Assembly (NCBI RefSeq): GCF_000007985.2
Contig: NC_002939.5
Location: forward strand, 2,010,001 to 2,042,000
Direction: 5' to 3'
Source: Geobacter sulfurreducens PCA
GTDB lineage: Bacteria; Desulfobacterota; Desulfuromonadia; Geobacterales; Geobacteraceae
DNA length: 32,000 bases
Shown: piece after piece, positions 8,633 through 17,266 of the stretch
Numbering within the stretch: position 1 is the stretch's first letter
Layout: every line of letters begins with the position of its first letter
Position numbers and translations under genes: made by a program
Notes under the pieces: model-generated
The model's database searches: none
Seen by the model: only the letters and a program-made list of their open reading frames with translations
Told to the model about the DNA's origin: nothing

Positions 8633-9519
8633 GTGCTACGATCTCCCCTGCCACCGGTAAAGCCTATGGCGTTCAGCGCGTCTGCCTTGCCTGGGGAGTG
8701 CCCCGCTCGTCGTTCTATAGCCGTGCAGGCAGAAAAACATTGCCTGCTGTACTGCTCAAGCGTGGTCCAAAAACACCGCTCTCTGACGACGAGGTACTTT
8801 CTCTCATCCGGACCGACCTGGAGACATCCCCCTTTGTCGGCGAAGGGCACCGTAAGGTCTGGGGACGACTACGCTTCGTCAAAGGGATAAAAGTCGGCCG
8901 CAAACGAGTGTTGCGTCTCATGCGGGAGAACAATCTGCTCTCCCCTCACCGGGTTGTTCAGGGACAGCCCAAGGACCACGCCGGCAAGATCATCACGGCG
9001 GCCCCCAACGTCATGTGGGGTACCGATGGCACCAAGATCTTCACCCTGGAAGAAGGGTGGTGCTGGTTGTTTACCGCCGTCGAGCATTGGAATGCCGAGT
9101 GCGTCGGTTGGCATGTGACCAAGAATGGCGACCGGTTTGCCGCATTGCAGCCGCTCGCCATGGGAATCAAGGCCCGTTTCGGCTCGGTCGGTGCCGCTGC
9201 TGCTCGAGGGTTGGCACTGAGGATGGATCACGGCAGCCAATACCTCTCAGAGCATTTCCAGAATCAGATCAAGTTCTGGGGAATTGCCCCAAGTTTCTCA
9301 TTTGTTGCCGAACCGCAGACCAACGGGGTGACGGAACGGTTTAATCGGACTATCAAAGAGCAGGTCATCTATGGCCGCCATTACCGCACAATCGAAGAAG
9401 TAAGGATGGCAGTAGCTGACTTCATGGATCGTTACAACCGGCTGTGGCTGGTTGAAAAGCTCGGGTTCAGAAGCCCACGACAGGCTTTCGAGGAGTATCA
9501 ACTCAAGAAGGCTGCGTGA
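8629..9519 (+). CDS. IS3-family transposase OrfB (rve integrase-core DDE)
   Basis: ORF track, 296 aa. Motifs WGTDGTKI, RMDHGSQYLS and TNGVTERFNRTIKEQ. It is in the -1 frame relative to orfA and has its own ATG overlapping the orfA stop. Confidence 0.85.
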   Translation: MSATISPATGKAYGVQRVCLAWGVPRSSFYSRAGRKTLPAVLLKRGPKTPLSDDEVLSLIRTDLETSPFVGEGHRKVWGRLRFVKGIKVGRKRVLRLMRENNLLSPHRVVQGQPKDHAGKIITAAPNVMWGTDGTKIFTLEEGWCWLFTAVEHWNAECVGWHVTKNGDRFAALQPLAMGIKARFGSVGAAAARGLALRMDHGSQYLSEHFQNQIKFWGIAPSFSFVAEPQTNGVTERFNRTIKEQVIYGRHYRTIEEVRMAVADFMDRYNRLWLVEKLGFRSPRQAFEEYQLKKAA

Positions 9520-9555
9520 CTCTTATCTTGTGTCCAGGGTACCGGGCGCGCTACA

Positions 9556-9567
9556 GCAGGATGAAAA
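9556..9567. repeat. Right copy of the 12-bp direct repeat GCAGGATGAAAA
   Basis: Identical to 8191-8202 and immediately follows the IS terminal ...CTACA. Confidence 0.8.
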
Positions 9568-9895
9568 TGCCGAACAGTATACGCCTGAAGCCGCCGGGCT
9601 CTATGAAGTAAATCAATGACGCGGTGATTACGCCGCCGATGATGTGTACTTTGACTAAGTCACTAATAAGCTTGGGGATGGAATGGGTTCGCGTCGATGC
9701 ATACATCCCATATTTTGAAAGCAAGAGGTGCCAGACGGGGATTATAACCAACAAAACCCATAAATAATGATAAAAGTCACCAATATTACCGATTTTGCTC
9801 CTGATCTCATAGGCAGCAGCAAAAGCAATATATATCAAAATGATATCTATCAACTTACACAAAATGGTAAATTGCTTAGCTTGTTGTTTGAGCAT
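9556..9895 (-). pseudogene. Priming glycosylphosphotransferase: N-terminal transmembrane fragment, truncated by a TAG supplied by the IS end at 9551-9553
   Basis: ORF track 9551..9895, 114 aa. MLKQQAKQFTILCKLIDIILIYIAFAAAYEIR... contains about 4 hydrophobic helices and ends ...RILFGIFILL*. The GIFILL codons are repeated at the other IS junction. Confidence 0.8.
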
Positions 9896-9910
9896 AATAT
9901 TAGTGATTAG

Positions 9911-11026
9911 TTAATAAGTGATTATATCCATAGTCATGCCTTTTATTGATCTGAGCACCTGCTTTTCTCCTATCGATATCCTGACATTTTTGTCAGTATT
10001 CTGGTCATTATACAACATTATTATTATTTTGTTGTTGTACCTTACAGCTAATACAGGTATTTCTGAATCAGTTTTAAGCACAACACTTCCTTTCGGAATC
10101 GTGTTAAAAACTTTTTGTAACTCGTAAAATATAGGTTTAACCTTCTTACCTTTATCAAACAAAACTACACCTCCGTCACGTCCCCACGCAAAAGAAAAAA
10201 ATAAACATAGTTCTGCATTACCCTTATTAATTCCCCAAAAAAGGTTACGAATGTTATTTGCAGCATATGTATTACTATACATATTGCTTCCTACAGCATC
10301 ATAATTTTGTTCGGTAATCCAGACTGGTTTATCATAGAATTTGGCAGTATTGGCGATGGCAGCAAAACCATCAAGTCCTTTATACTCATAAGAATGATAT
10401 GCAATTGCCTTAAAATAACTCAGAGCTCCTACCTCAGCTAGTCGTTCAATAAATCTACCATTTGGTGTAGCAGTATCTGGTCCAACCATTTCTGTAGATA
10501 AGTTTCTAAGCAACAGTTCTGTTTTGATTAGTTTTACAAGGCTTACGTAATTGTCAAAAGTAAACTTAGAGCTTAACTTCGCATCAGGTTCATTCAGTGT
10601 TAAATAGCGCACAGATATGCCACGCTTATTTAAATACTCGATATAATCGCATATCTTCTTAGGCAAGTCGTTAATTGTCAAGGTCCTGTCATTTAATCTA
10701 AAGTTCAGTATAATATTAATACCTTTACTATTTATGTATGACAAAAATTTATCTTCGATCTCACCTGGAACATCAGGAAAATCGCTGAATATGCGCAAAT
10801 GGTTAACCGGTAAGCTCGTTAGCAAATACTTCATAAAATCATCATCTACAGGAAAGGGGTAAATGTTGCCCCCCCACCCGATAAGTGTCTGCTGACTGTA
10901 GTTTGGATAAATCTTAACCGAAATAACATCATTTGTATTCGCGTTAGACGGATAATAAAAAACATAAAAAACTAGCAACAAAGTGAATACTGTCGCAAGT
11001 CGAACATATTTATTTAGTGCTTTCAT
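9911..11026 (-). CDS. Membrane-anchored clan GH-A glycoside hydrolase (GH5/30/39-like; PslG-type EPS-processing hydrolase by analogy)
   Basis: ORF track 9911..11044 from GTG. The ATG at 11026 (MKALNKYVRLATVFTLLLVFYVFYY, signal-anchor) is the more likely start. Acid/base-type YLTLNEPD and nucleophile-type PVWITEQN motifs. The GH family cannot be assigned by eye. Confidence 0.55.
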   Translation of the reverse strand: MKALNKYVRLATVFTLLLVFYVFYYPSNANTNDVISVKIYPNYSQQTLIGWGGNIYPFPVDDDFMKYLLTSLPVNHLRIFSDFPDVPGEIEDKFLSYINSKGINIILNFRLNDRTLTINDLPKKICDYIEYLNKRGISVRYLTLNEPDAKLSSKFTFDNYVSLVKLIKTELLLRNLSTEMVGPDTATPNGRFIERLAEVGALSYFKAIAYHSYEYKGLDGFAAIANTAKFYDKPVWITEQNYDAVGSNMYSNTYAANNIRNLFWGINKGNAELCLFFSFAWGRDGGVVLFDKGKKVKPIFYELQKVFNTIPKGSVVLKTDSEIPVLAVRYNNKIIIMLYNDQNTDKNVRISIGEKQVLRSIKGMTMDIITY

Positions 11027-11807
11027 TATGTTTTCCAATCTCACTTATAACGATCTTGACAAATTTAAAAAATCCCCACAAATAGCGTTTCCAGAGGCGC
11101 GAAGGCTCGTGGAAAAGTCGCCAGCACCATTCCATACCTATACGCTGAAACAAAAGAGGTGCTCTCTTTGCATCACCTAAAACGAAATCAAGAGCAGCGC
11201 CGACACATAGAATTAACTTAGCACTCAACTCTTGCTGGTGACTCAGAGCCCATAACTCCTGCTTAGGCATCCCCAGACAACAAAATACTATATCTGGTTG
11301 CCAACTATTTACAAGTCGTACAGCTTGCTGCCCTTCAGGTCCGTTATACTCGAAATTCATTGATGGGGCATAAATGCGTATATCAGCTCCGGGGTACAAT
11401 TTCTTCAAAGTCTGGTAAGCAGGCTCAGTTGAATGACCCCCCAAAATAAACACTTTAAGATGGAGATTTGATGATAATTCACATAAAGCCGGGAATATAT
11501 CAGCACCTGTTACTCGTTCGTGAATACGTGTTGACATGAATCTACTTAACAAAACTACTGGGAAGCCATCTGCGAAGAAATAATTAGCTGACTTGTATAC
11601 CTCGTACAATTGAGGGTCATCATATATTCTGACTATATGATCAACATTTGGAGTAACTACTACTTTGGGGGTATAAGTGATTTGCTTAAGATCATTTACA
11701 AGACATTCTATTGCTCTGTCGAATGAGCCATTATAAAAAGGCAAACCGAACAAGTTACTTACTGTCGCATCTTCACATTTCATGGCGTGAATTAACCAAA
11801 ACCTCAT
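11010..11807 (-). CDS. GT26 WecG/TagA/CpsF-family glycosyltransferase (ManNAc/ManNAcA transferase type)
   Basis: ORF track, 265 aa. Motifs VVTPNVDHIV, FFADGFPVVLLSR, RVTGADIF, KVFILGG, FCCLGMPKQELW, ILCVGAALDFVLGDAKRAP, MEWCWRL. An alternative ATG lies at 11783. Confidence 0.85.
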   Translation of the reverse strand: MRFWLIHAMKCEDATVSNLFGLPFYNGSFDRAIECLVNDLKQITYTPKVVVTPNVDHIVRIYDDPQLYEVYKSANYFFADGFPVVLLSRFMSTRIHERVTGADIFPALCELSSNLHLKVFILGGHSTEPAYQTLKKLYPGADIRIYAPSMNFEYNGPEGQQAVRLVNSWQPDIVFCCLGMPKQELWALSHQQELSAKLILCVGAALDFVLGDAKRAPLLFQRIGMEWCWRLFHEPSRLWKRYLWGFFKFVKIVISEIGKHNESTK

Positions 11808-12975
11808 CGTAAAAATGTAAATACTGCTTTCCCATAGCAGCTAAAGTATACTTTTCAAGAAACAACTGATACCCCGATAATGCTATTTTACATGCAATCT
11901 CTTTATTATTATATACCCAAGTAATTTTATTGTACATGTCACTAATGTTATCTGCTTGAAATAGTAATCCATGTATACCATCAACAAATAGTTCTTTCAT
12001 GCCTTCAACGTCAGAAGCTACAACAATCTTTTTATGAGAAAAAGCTTCAATTGGCTTTAATCCAGCCACTCTATTAGTTATAACTAGATCCCGTCTGGGC
12101 AACACAATAACATCGATATTATTATAATAACTGTCCACTGAATCTGGATTAACCCTCCCATGAAATGTTATAATATCATCGAGTCGCATCTTTCGTGTTA
12201 AATCCATTAAATACTGCTCAGATGGGCCTCCACCAACAATATCTATATGGAGCTTAATATCAGTTTGCCTCAAGAGCTGCGCTACTTTGATCAAATTCTC
12301 TAGACCTTCGTAATCATATAATGATCCAATATAGCCAAGATTGAATACTGAATCATTCATTCGCCCTGTTGAAGATGTTGTGGGCTCTTTCACGCAATTA
12401 TATATCAAAGCTGATCGGTTCACGGGTATTCTTTTACAGTAGTGCTCTTGCAATCCTTTTGAAAGAAAAACCGTTCCAGAGGAAAGCTTAATTGTTAACC
12501 GTTCCATATATTTAACAATTGATCGTTGCAAATATACGAAACTACCTCCCTTTAAATCTTCCTCCCACGTTGAGCGGACCTCATAGACACATGGTATTCC
12601 CATGAATCGGGCAACAAACCAGGCACTTAAACCAATAAAAAATGTCGCGTGAGCATGAATTATGTCTGGCTTTTCAATACAACATATCTTCCAGACCTGA
12701 CGAACAAAAGAAAATATGTGAGTAAACTTATGTAATCGTCCCCAAAATCCAATAGCATTTGAAAATCCGATGTGCTTAAACCCAATTGACGTCCGATAGT
12801 ACTTAATTCCTCTTCTACATTCTATAGCACACGCAGAATTGGCCATTTGAAACGGACTGCTAATAACAAAAGTGTCCACGCCCAGTAAATGTTGAGCTTC
12901 TAATAATTGTTCAAGCCGTGTAACAGCCCCACACTGGGTAGGCCATGTTTGATATGCTACATGACAAATCTTCAC
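11773..12975 (-). CDS. GT4-family (GT-B) glycosyltransferase
   Basis: ORF track, 400 aa. GTG start with a GTGA overlap onto the upstream stop. MKICHVAY N-terminus, IIHAHATF, and C-terminal EGMKELFVDGIHGLLF (E-x7-E region). Confidence 0.8.
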   Translation of the reverse strand: MKICHVAYQTWPTQCGAVTRLEQLLEAQHLLGVDTFVISSPFQMANSACAIECRRGIKYYRTSIGFKHIGFSNAIGFWGRLHKFTHIFSFVRQVWKICCIEKPDIIHAHATFFIGLSAWFVARFMGIPCVYEVRSTWEEDLKGGSFVYLQRSIVKYMERLTIKLSSGTVFLSKGLQEHYCKRIPVNRSALIYNCVKEPTTSSTGRMNDSVFNLGYIGSLYDYEGLENLIKVAQLLRQTDIKLHIDIVGGGPSEQYLMDLTRKMRLDDIITFHGRVNPDSVDSYYNNIDVIVLPRRDLVITNRVAGLKPIEAFSHKKIVVASDVEGMKELFVDGIHGLLFQADNISDMYNKITWVYNNKEIACKIALSGYQLFLEKYTLAAMGKQYLHFYDEVLVNSRHEM

Positions 12976-14285
12976 TTAATATCCTTTAGATGTTTAATAT
13001 TTTTTGATAACTGTTTTGATAGGGTTAACAAAAAAATTATTAAAAGAGGGTTTGTTAAATAGCTTGGCTTAGGAATACCTCTGTGGATATAGTGAATAAT
13101 ATATATTATTATTAAATAATACAGACAGCTATAGCCAGGTACAGCATACTTCAAAGATATTTTATAAAAATAGCTCAAGATAATACCAATCAACATCGCA
13201 ATGAAGAATGTATTTATAGTGCCGAACTCATAAATTAGTGCACCTAATGCCCCAGGAGTCAATCCAACACCGCTATACTCACCAAAGATACTAGCGATCA
13301 TTATTCCGCCTGAATCTCTACTCCCTGGAAACATTGTCATAAAATCTGATAAAAATAACGAACCGTGTATTTCTCTGACATTTTGCTGATATCTTTCAAT
13401 AAGAAACTGTGATATCGCAATACTCTCTCGTAATGCAAAATGTAATAAGGCTCCAAACACACCTAACTGTTCCGCATCAAATTTTTGGACTACTAGCTCG
13501 GCCAATATTAGCTCATCACTATGTAACCTACGATAATATGCTAACCCAGTAATTAGTCCTAAAACCAATACACTATACATAGCTAATGTAGTGAATAATT
13601 TTTTTTGCCTATACCTAAGGCTTAGCAGACATAAGCACAATATTGCAATAATTGGCCATCCTCTATACCCTGGCAAAGAAATAAAGAATAACAAACCTGC
13701 TATTATTAATGCACGTTTTATCTTAGAAAACTCCTTCAGATAGATATTATTAATTACCAAAACAAATAAGACAAATATAGTTTCTGATAAAAAATAGGCC
13801 TTGCCACGAACTTTAGTAAATAAATTTGGGTCAAATAGAGGAAAGCCAGGTGAAAGTCCAATCCACAACAAACCGACAAAGGCTGGTAGTCCAGCTAAAA
13901 TCAAAAGTAAATTTGGTACTTTTAAATGTATGGGTGCATGTTCGTTAGGTTTAATATCATAAATTAGAACACCGATTATCATCGAACATAAAAACATATA
14001 TTCAAGTAAACATGTGTGCTCTGATATCTCTCCTCTATAGGTTGAAATATTCAATGAGCCGAAAATAAAGTAAAAACCCACTAGACCAGATATTACATAG
14101 ACTGGATGAGTAATACTCTCTTTATCGAATACCAACCCATAAACTACTATAAATCCTGCAAGAACGCTCAAAGCGAGAAGAGAACTAGCAATACACAAGA
14201 AACTTGTCGCAATAATTGCCGTAAATGTTATGACGATTCGCTGAAATCTATCGCGTTGCATTATTATAACTGTATATAGTGACAA
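12972..14285 (-). CDS. Polytopic membrane protein, Wzy-like repeat-unit polymerase (assigned by context)
   Basis: ORF track, 437 aa (TTG 14285; first ATG 14261). About 10-12 hydrophobic helices and no soluble domain. It lies between a GT and an acetyltransferase in a Wzx/PCP locus. The assignment rests on topology and context only. Confidence 0.5.
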   Translation of the reverse strand: MSLYTVIIMQRDRFQRIVITFTAIIATSFLCIASSLLALSVLAGFIVVYGLVFDKESITHPVYVISGLVGFYFIFGSLNISTYRGEISEHTCLLEYMFLCSMIIGVLIYDIKPNEHAPIHLKVPNLLLILAGLPAFVGLLWIGLSPGFPLFDPNLFTKVRGKAYFLSETIFVLFVLVINNIYLKEFSKIKRALIIAGLLFFISLPGYRGWPIIAILCLCLLSLRYRQKKLFTTLAMYSVLVLGLITGLAYYRRLHSDELILAELVVQKFDAEQLGVFGALLHFALRESIAISQFLIERYQQNVREIHGSLFLSDFMTMFPGSRDSGGIMIASIFGEYSGVGLTPGALGALIYEFGTINTFFIAMLIGIILSYFYKISLKYAVPGYSCLYYLIIIYIIHYIHRGIPKPSYLTNPLLIIFLLTLSKQLSKNIKHLKDIK

Positions 14286-14291
14286 TCATGT

Positions 14292-14795
14292 TTACAGTTC
14301 CTTGACAACTCTTGCCGGACTGCCGAGAGCCAAACACTTAGGAGGAACATCTCGTGTTACGATACTACCAGCACCAACAACACATCCCTTACCCAATTTA
14401 ATTCCAGGTAACAGAATACACCCAGACGCAATCCATACGTTATCTTCAATGACAACAGGGGCTTTTTGATACCCACAGAGCCTTGTTAACTCCTCACCCG
14501 TAAAATTATGATTTTGAGAATATATAATCACGTTAGGGCCTATCAATACATCACTTCCAATAAATACACCACCTTCTGCGTTAATAAAAGAACCTCTATT
14601 TATCGAGACGTTATTACCTATTACCAAGTTGGACGGTTTGTCGATTTGAACACCATCCCAAATGGTGACATTATTGCCGCATCGGTACGGATAAAGAATA
14701 TTTCTAATCCAACAGCCTGTGCGACCAGGAATGTATTTTACAACAAACTGGATCCACATCAATATTTCGTGCCTAATCGCTCTCGCGATATTCAT
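14292..14795 (-). CDS. Hexapeptide-repeat (LbH) O-acetyltransferase, WcaF/WbbJ-like
   Basis: ORF track, 167 aa. Hexapeptide repeats IGNNVSINRGSFINAEGGVFIGSDVLIGPNVII and VVIEDNVWIASGCILLPGIKLGKGCVVGAGSIV. Confidence 0.85.
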   Translation of the reverse strand: MNIARAIRHEILMWIQFVVKYIPGRTGCWIRNILYPYRCGNNVTIWDGVQIDKPSNLVIGNNVSINRGSFINAEGGVFIGSDVLIGPNVIIYSQNHNFTGEELTRLCGYQKAPVVIEDNVWIASGCILLPGIKLGKGCVVGAGSIVTRDVPPKCLALGSPARVVKEL

Positions 14796-15996
14796 ATATA
14801 AATCCTCGTATTTGATAATAATATGTTATAGTTCTGATAGTCCAAAATACTGCAAATATAAATGCAATCATAATAATTGATTTTAAGTATGCTATAACTA
14901 TCAACGTACCAACTAATACAGATACTCCTGACACAATGTTACTTGTTAAAACGGCATGACTAGTACCGATAGCACCCATGACTGATGATAGTACTGAATA
15001 TATTAGGCGTATAACAGAAGTAATACTCATAATAATAATTAGCGGTGCATCATAAACAGTAACCGACAAATTGTGATATTTTAATTGTACCACAGTAACC
15101 ATAACTGTTATTAGCAGCAACAATGCGATTCCCAACTTAATTGCATGAATGATCTTTGTTCTTACAATATCCATAGAAATATGGGTCTTAAAGTAGATCA
15201 TTTCTTTAAATCCAACGTACGTACTAATTAATACAAATGGATAACTAAAAAAGTTCTGCAAATAAAAGTAATCGCCAACCTCTATCAGTCCGACCTTATT
15301 ATTGATTATGAGTCTATCAAAATAATTCAAATAAGTAATGATTGCTATTGACAATATAAATCCAACCAATAATTTTGAGTTATTATTTGTATCATCGCAC
15401 CCTCTAATCTTTGATCTACAACAGGTAACTAACGCGATGAGCCCGCAAAATATCATACTGATAGTTATTGCAAACGTAACTTCAAGATAAGTTAGCTTGC
15501 CAGAAGTGACAACTGCATTAATTACATAAAACAATAAGAAAAACTTCCATGCGTGACTACATACTTGTGAAAGAACAAATTGTGACTTGAGTCGATTCAC
15601 AGTAGACACTAAATAAATAAAATTACTGAGCAAGAATATTACAAACAATTGTATAAACGAATCTGTCGCTATATAGGTTAAATACGCAATACAAGCTGCA
15701 AACAAGGCGGTAATTAATCCAGATATTAAGATGTAATATATTAATTTGCGATTGATATAGACAATCTGATCCACAACATTTGACAATCTAACAACTATTT
15801 GGTCGAAGCCTAAAAAACCAAAAGAAATCAGCGCTGACAAATACGTCATCAGTACAGTATATTTGCCGTAATCAGCTGGTCCCATTACGTGCTTAAGTAC
15901 AAAATTTATGACAAATATCGAAATAGCTCCAATAGCCATTACACCAAATGATGCGTGACTTCTTATTTTATGTTTAGTTGCCTCGAGATTAATCAC
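14773..15996 (-). CDS. Wzx-like oligosaccharide flippase (MOP superfamily)
   Basis: ORF track, 407 aa (GTG start with AAAGGTGGA upstream). Polytopic membrane protein. The N-terminal GPADYGKYTVLMTYLSALISFGFLGFDQIVVRL resembles Wzx N-termini. Locus context supports the call. Confidence 0.6.
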   Translation of the reverse strand: MINLEATKHKIRSHASFGVMAIGAISIFVINFVLKHVMGPADYGKYTVLMTYLSALISFGFLGFDQIVVRLSNVVDQIVYINRKLIYYILISGLITALFAACIAYLTYIATDSFIQLFVIFLLSNFIYLVSTVNRLKSQFVLSQVCSHAWKFFLLFYVINAVVTSGKLTYLEVTFAITISMIFCGLIALVTCCRSKIRGCDDTNNNSKLLVGFILSIAIITYLNYFDRLIINNKVGLIEVGDYFYLQNFFSYPFVLISTYVGFKEMIYFKTHISMDIVRTKIIHAIKLGIALLLLITVMVTVVQLKYHNLSVTVYDAPLIIIMSITSVIRLIYSVLSSVMGAIGTSHAVLTSNIVSGVSVLVGTLIVIAYLKSIIMIAFIFAVFWTIRTITYYYQIRGFIYEYRESD

Positions 15997-16016
15997 AATC
16001 CACCTTTGGTTTCAGC

Positions 16017-17243
16017 CTAACTCCAAATACCTCGTGTATCAATAATAATTTTTTCTTTTAGGGTATCTGGTCTTATGTTTTTGAATTCTTGATGATCAAC
16101 AAGAACAACTAATATATCTGCAGATACTACAACTTCATTTAATTCGACAATAGGAAATTCCAACTCCATATTTGTGCAATGAGGATCGCACACAAGTATA
16201 TGCCCTACATCAGAAGCCATAAGGTCACGAACTATCTCTAAGGCTGGCGACTCTCTTAGGTCATCAATATTTGCTTTGAAAGTTATGCCTAAACAACCAA
16301 TTACTGGGTGCTTAAATCTGGTAGCCTTTGTTTTGATCTTTTCAACAACCCAATACGGCTTATCATCGTTGACCTCTCTCGCCATTCGGATGAGACGTGC
16401 TTTATCGGGGGTTTTGCTTACTATGAACCACGGGTCGACAGCAATACAATGACCACCTACACCAGGACCAGGCTGAAGTATATCGACCCGTGGATGTCGA
16501 TTCGCTAGCCTGATTAGCTCCCAAACATTAATACCAAGCTGATCGCAAATAAGTGATAATTCATTCGCAAATGCAATATTCACATCTCGATAGCTATTTT
16601 CTGTTAATTTGCACATTTCAGCAGTTCGTGCGTCAGACACAATGCATTCACCATTGACAACGGCTTTATACAATTTAACTGCTTCAGCTGAACATTTCTG
16701 AGTTATTCCACCAATTACTCGATCATTTTGGACTAATTCACGCAATATTTGTCCAGGTAACACCCGCTCCGGGCAATGCGCTAACCTAATATCTGATGAT
16801 TCACCAACTTGATGCGGAAAGGTCAGGTCTTGTCTTGCTGCGGCTAGCCATTCTGCCACTTGTTCTGTAGTTCCGACTGGTGAGGTTGATTCCAAAATTA
16901 CCAAATCCCCCTTCTTCAGTACATCAGCAATCATTCTAGTAGCAGTCTCCACATAGCTTAAGTCGGGCTTCTTTCCATCCCTGAAAGGCGTTGGCACAGC
17001 AATTATGAACGCATCGGACGCCTCAGGAGAAGTAGTTGCTCGAAGATAACCGCCAACTACAGCTGCATTTACGAGCATATCAAGATCTGGTTCGACTATG
17101 TGTATCTCGCCGCGGTTTATTGTATCTACAACTTCCATATTTATATCAACGCCAACTACTCTTATTTTTCTTGAAGCGAATAGCGCCGCAGTTGGAAGTC
17201 CAATATATCCTAAACCTATTACAGATACTTTCTTACTTTCCAT
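16017..17243 (-). CDS. wecC: UDP-N-acetyl-D-mannosamine dehydrogenase
   Basis: ORF track, 408 aa; AAGGAG upstream. Collinear with E. coli WecC as I recall it: VIGLGYIGLPTAALFASR, INRGEIHIVEPDL, IIAVPTPF, ILESTSPVGTTE, CPERVLPGQ, RTAEMCKLTENSYRDVNIAFANELSLIC, NVWELIRLANRHPRVDILQPGPGVGGHCIAVDPWFIV, NIDDLRESPA. Confidence 0.85.
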   Translation of the reverse strand: MESKKVSVIGLGYIGLPTAALFASRKIRVVGVDINMEVVDTINRGEIHIVEPDLDMLVNAAVVGGYLRATTSPEASDAFIIAVPTPFRDGKKPDLSYVETATRMIADVLKKGDLVILESTSPVGTTEQVAEWLAAARQDLTFPHQVGESSDIRLAHCPERVLPGQILRELVQNDRVIGGITQKCSAEAVKLYKAVVNGECIVSDARTAEMCKLTENSYRDVNIAFANELSLICDQLGINVWELIRLANRHPRVDILQPGPGVGGHCIAVDPWFIVSKTPDKARLIRMAREVNDDKPYWVVEKIKTKATRFKHPVIGCLGITFKANIDDLRESPALEIVRDLMASDVGHILVCDPHCTNMELEFPIVELNEVVVSADILVVLVDHQEFKNIRPDTLKEKIIIDTRGIWS

Positions 17244-17266
17244 TATGACTCCTTAAGTGGCTACAT

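Larger units (their letters stand above)
8203..9555 (+). mobile_element. IS3-family-like insertion sequence (orfA/orfB, rve DDE)
   Basis: Imperfect terminal inverted repeats with TG...CA termini. The left end is TGTATGGCGGCCCCGG...TTGGACAC; the reverse complement of the right end is TGTAGCGCGCCCGG...CTGGACAC. The two ORFs are in 0/-1 frames with an ATGA stop/start overlap at 8629-8632. The element is flanked by a 12-bp direct repeat and interrupts a recognisable gene. Confidence 0.85.
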
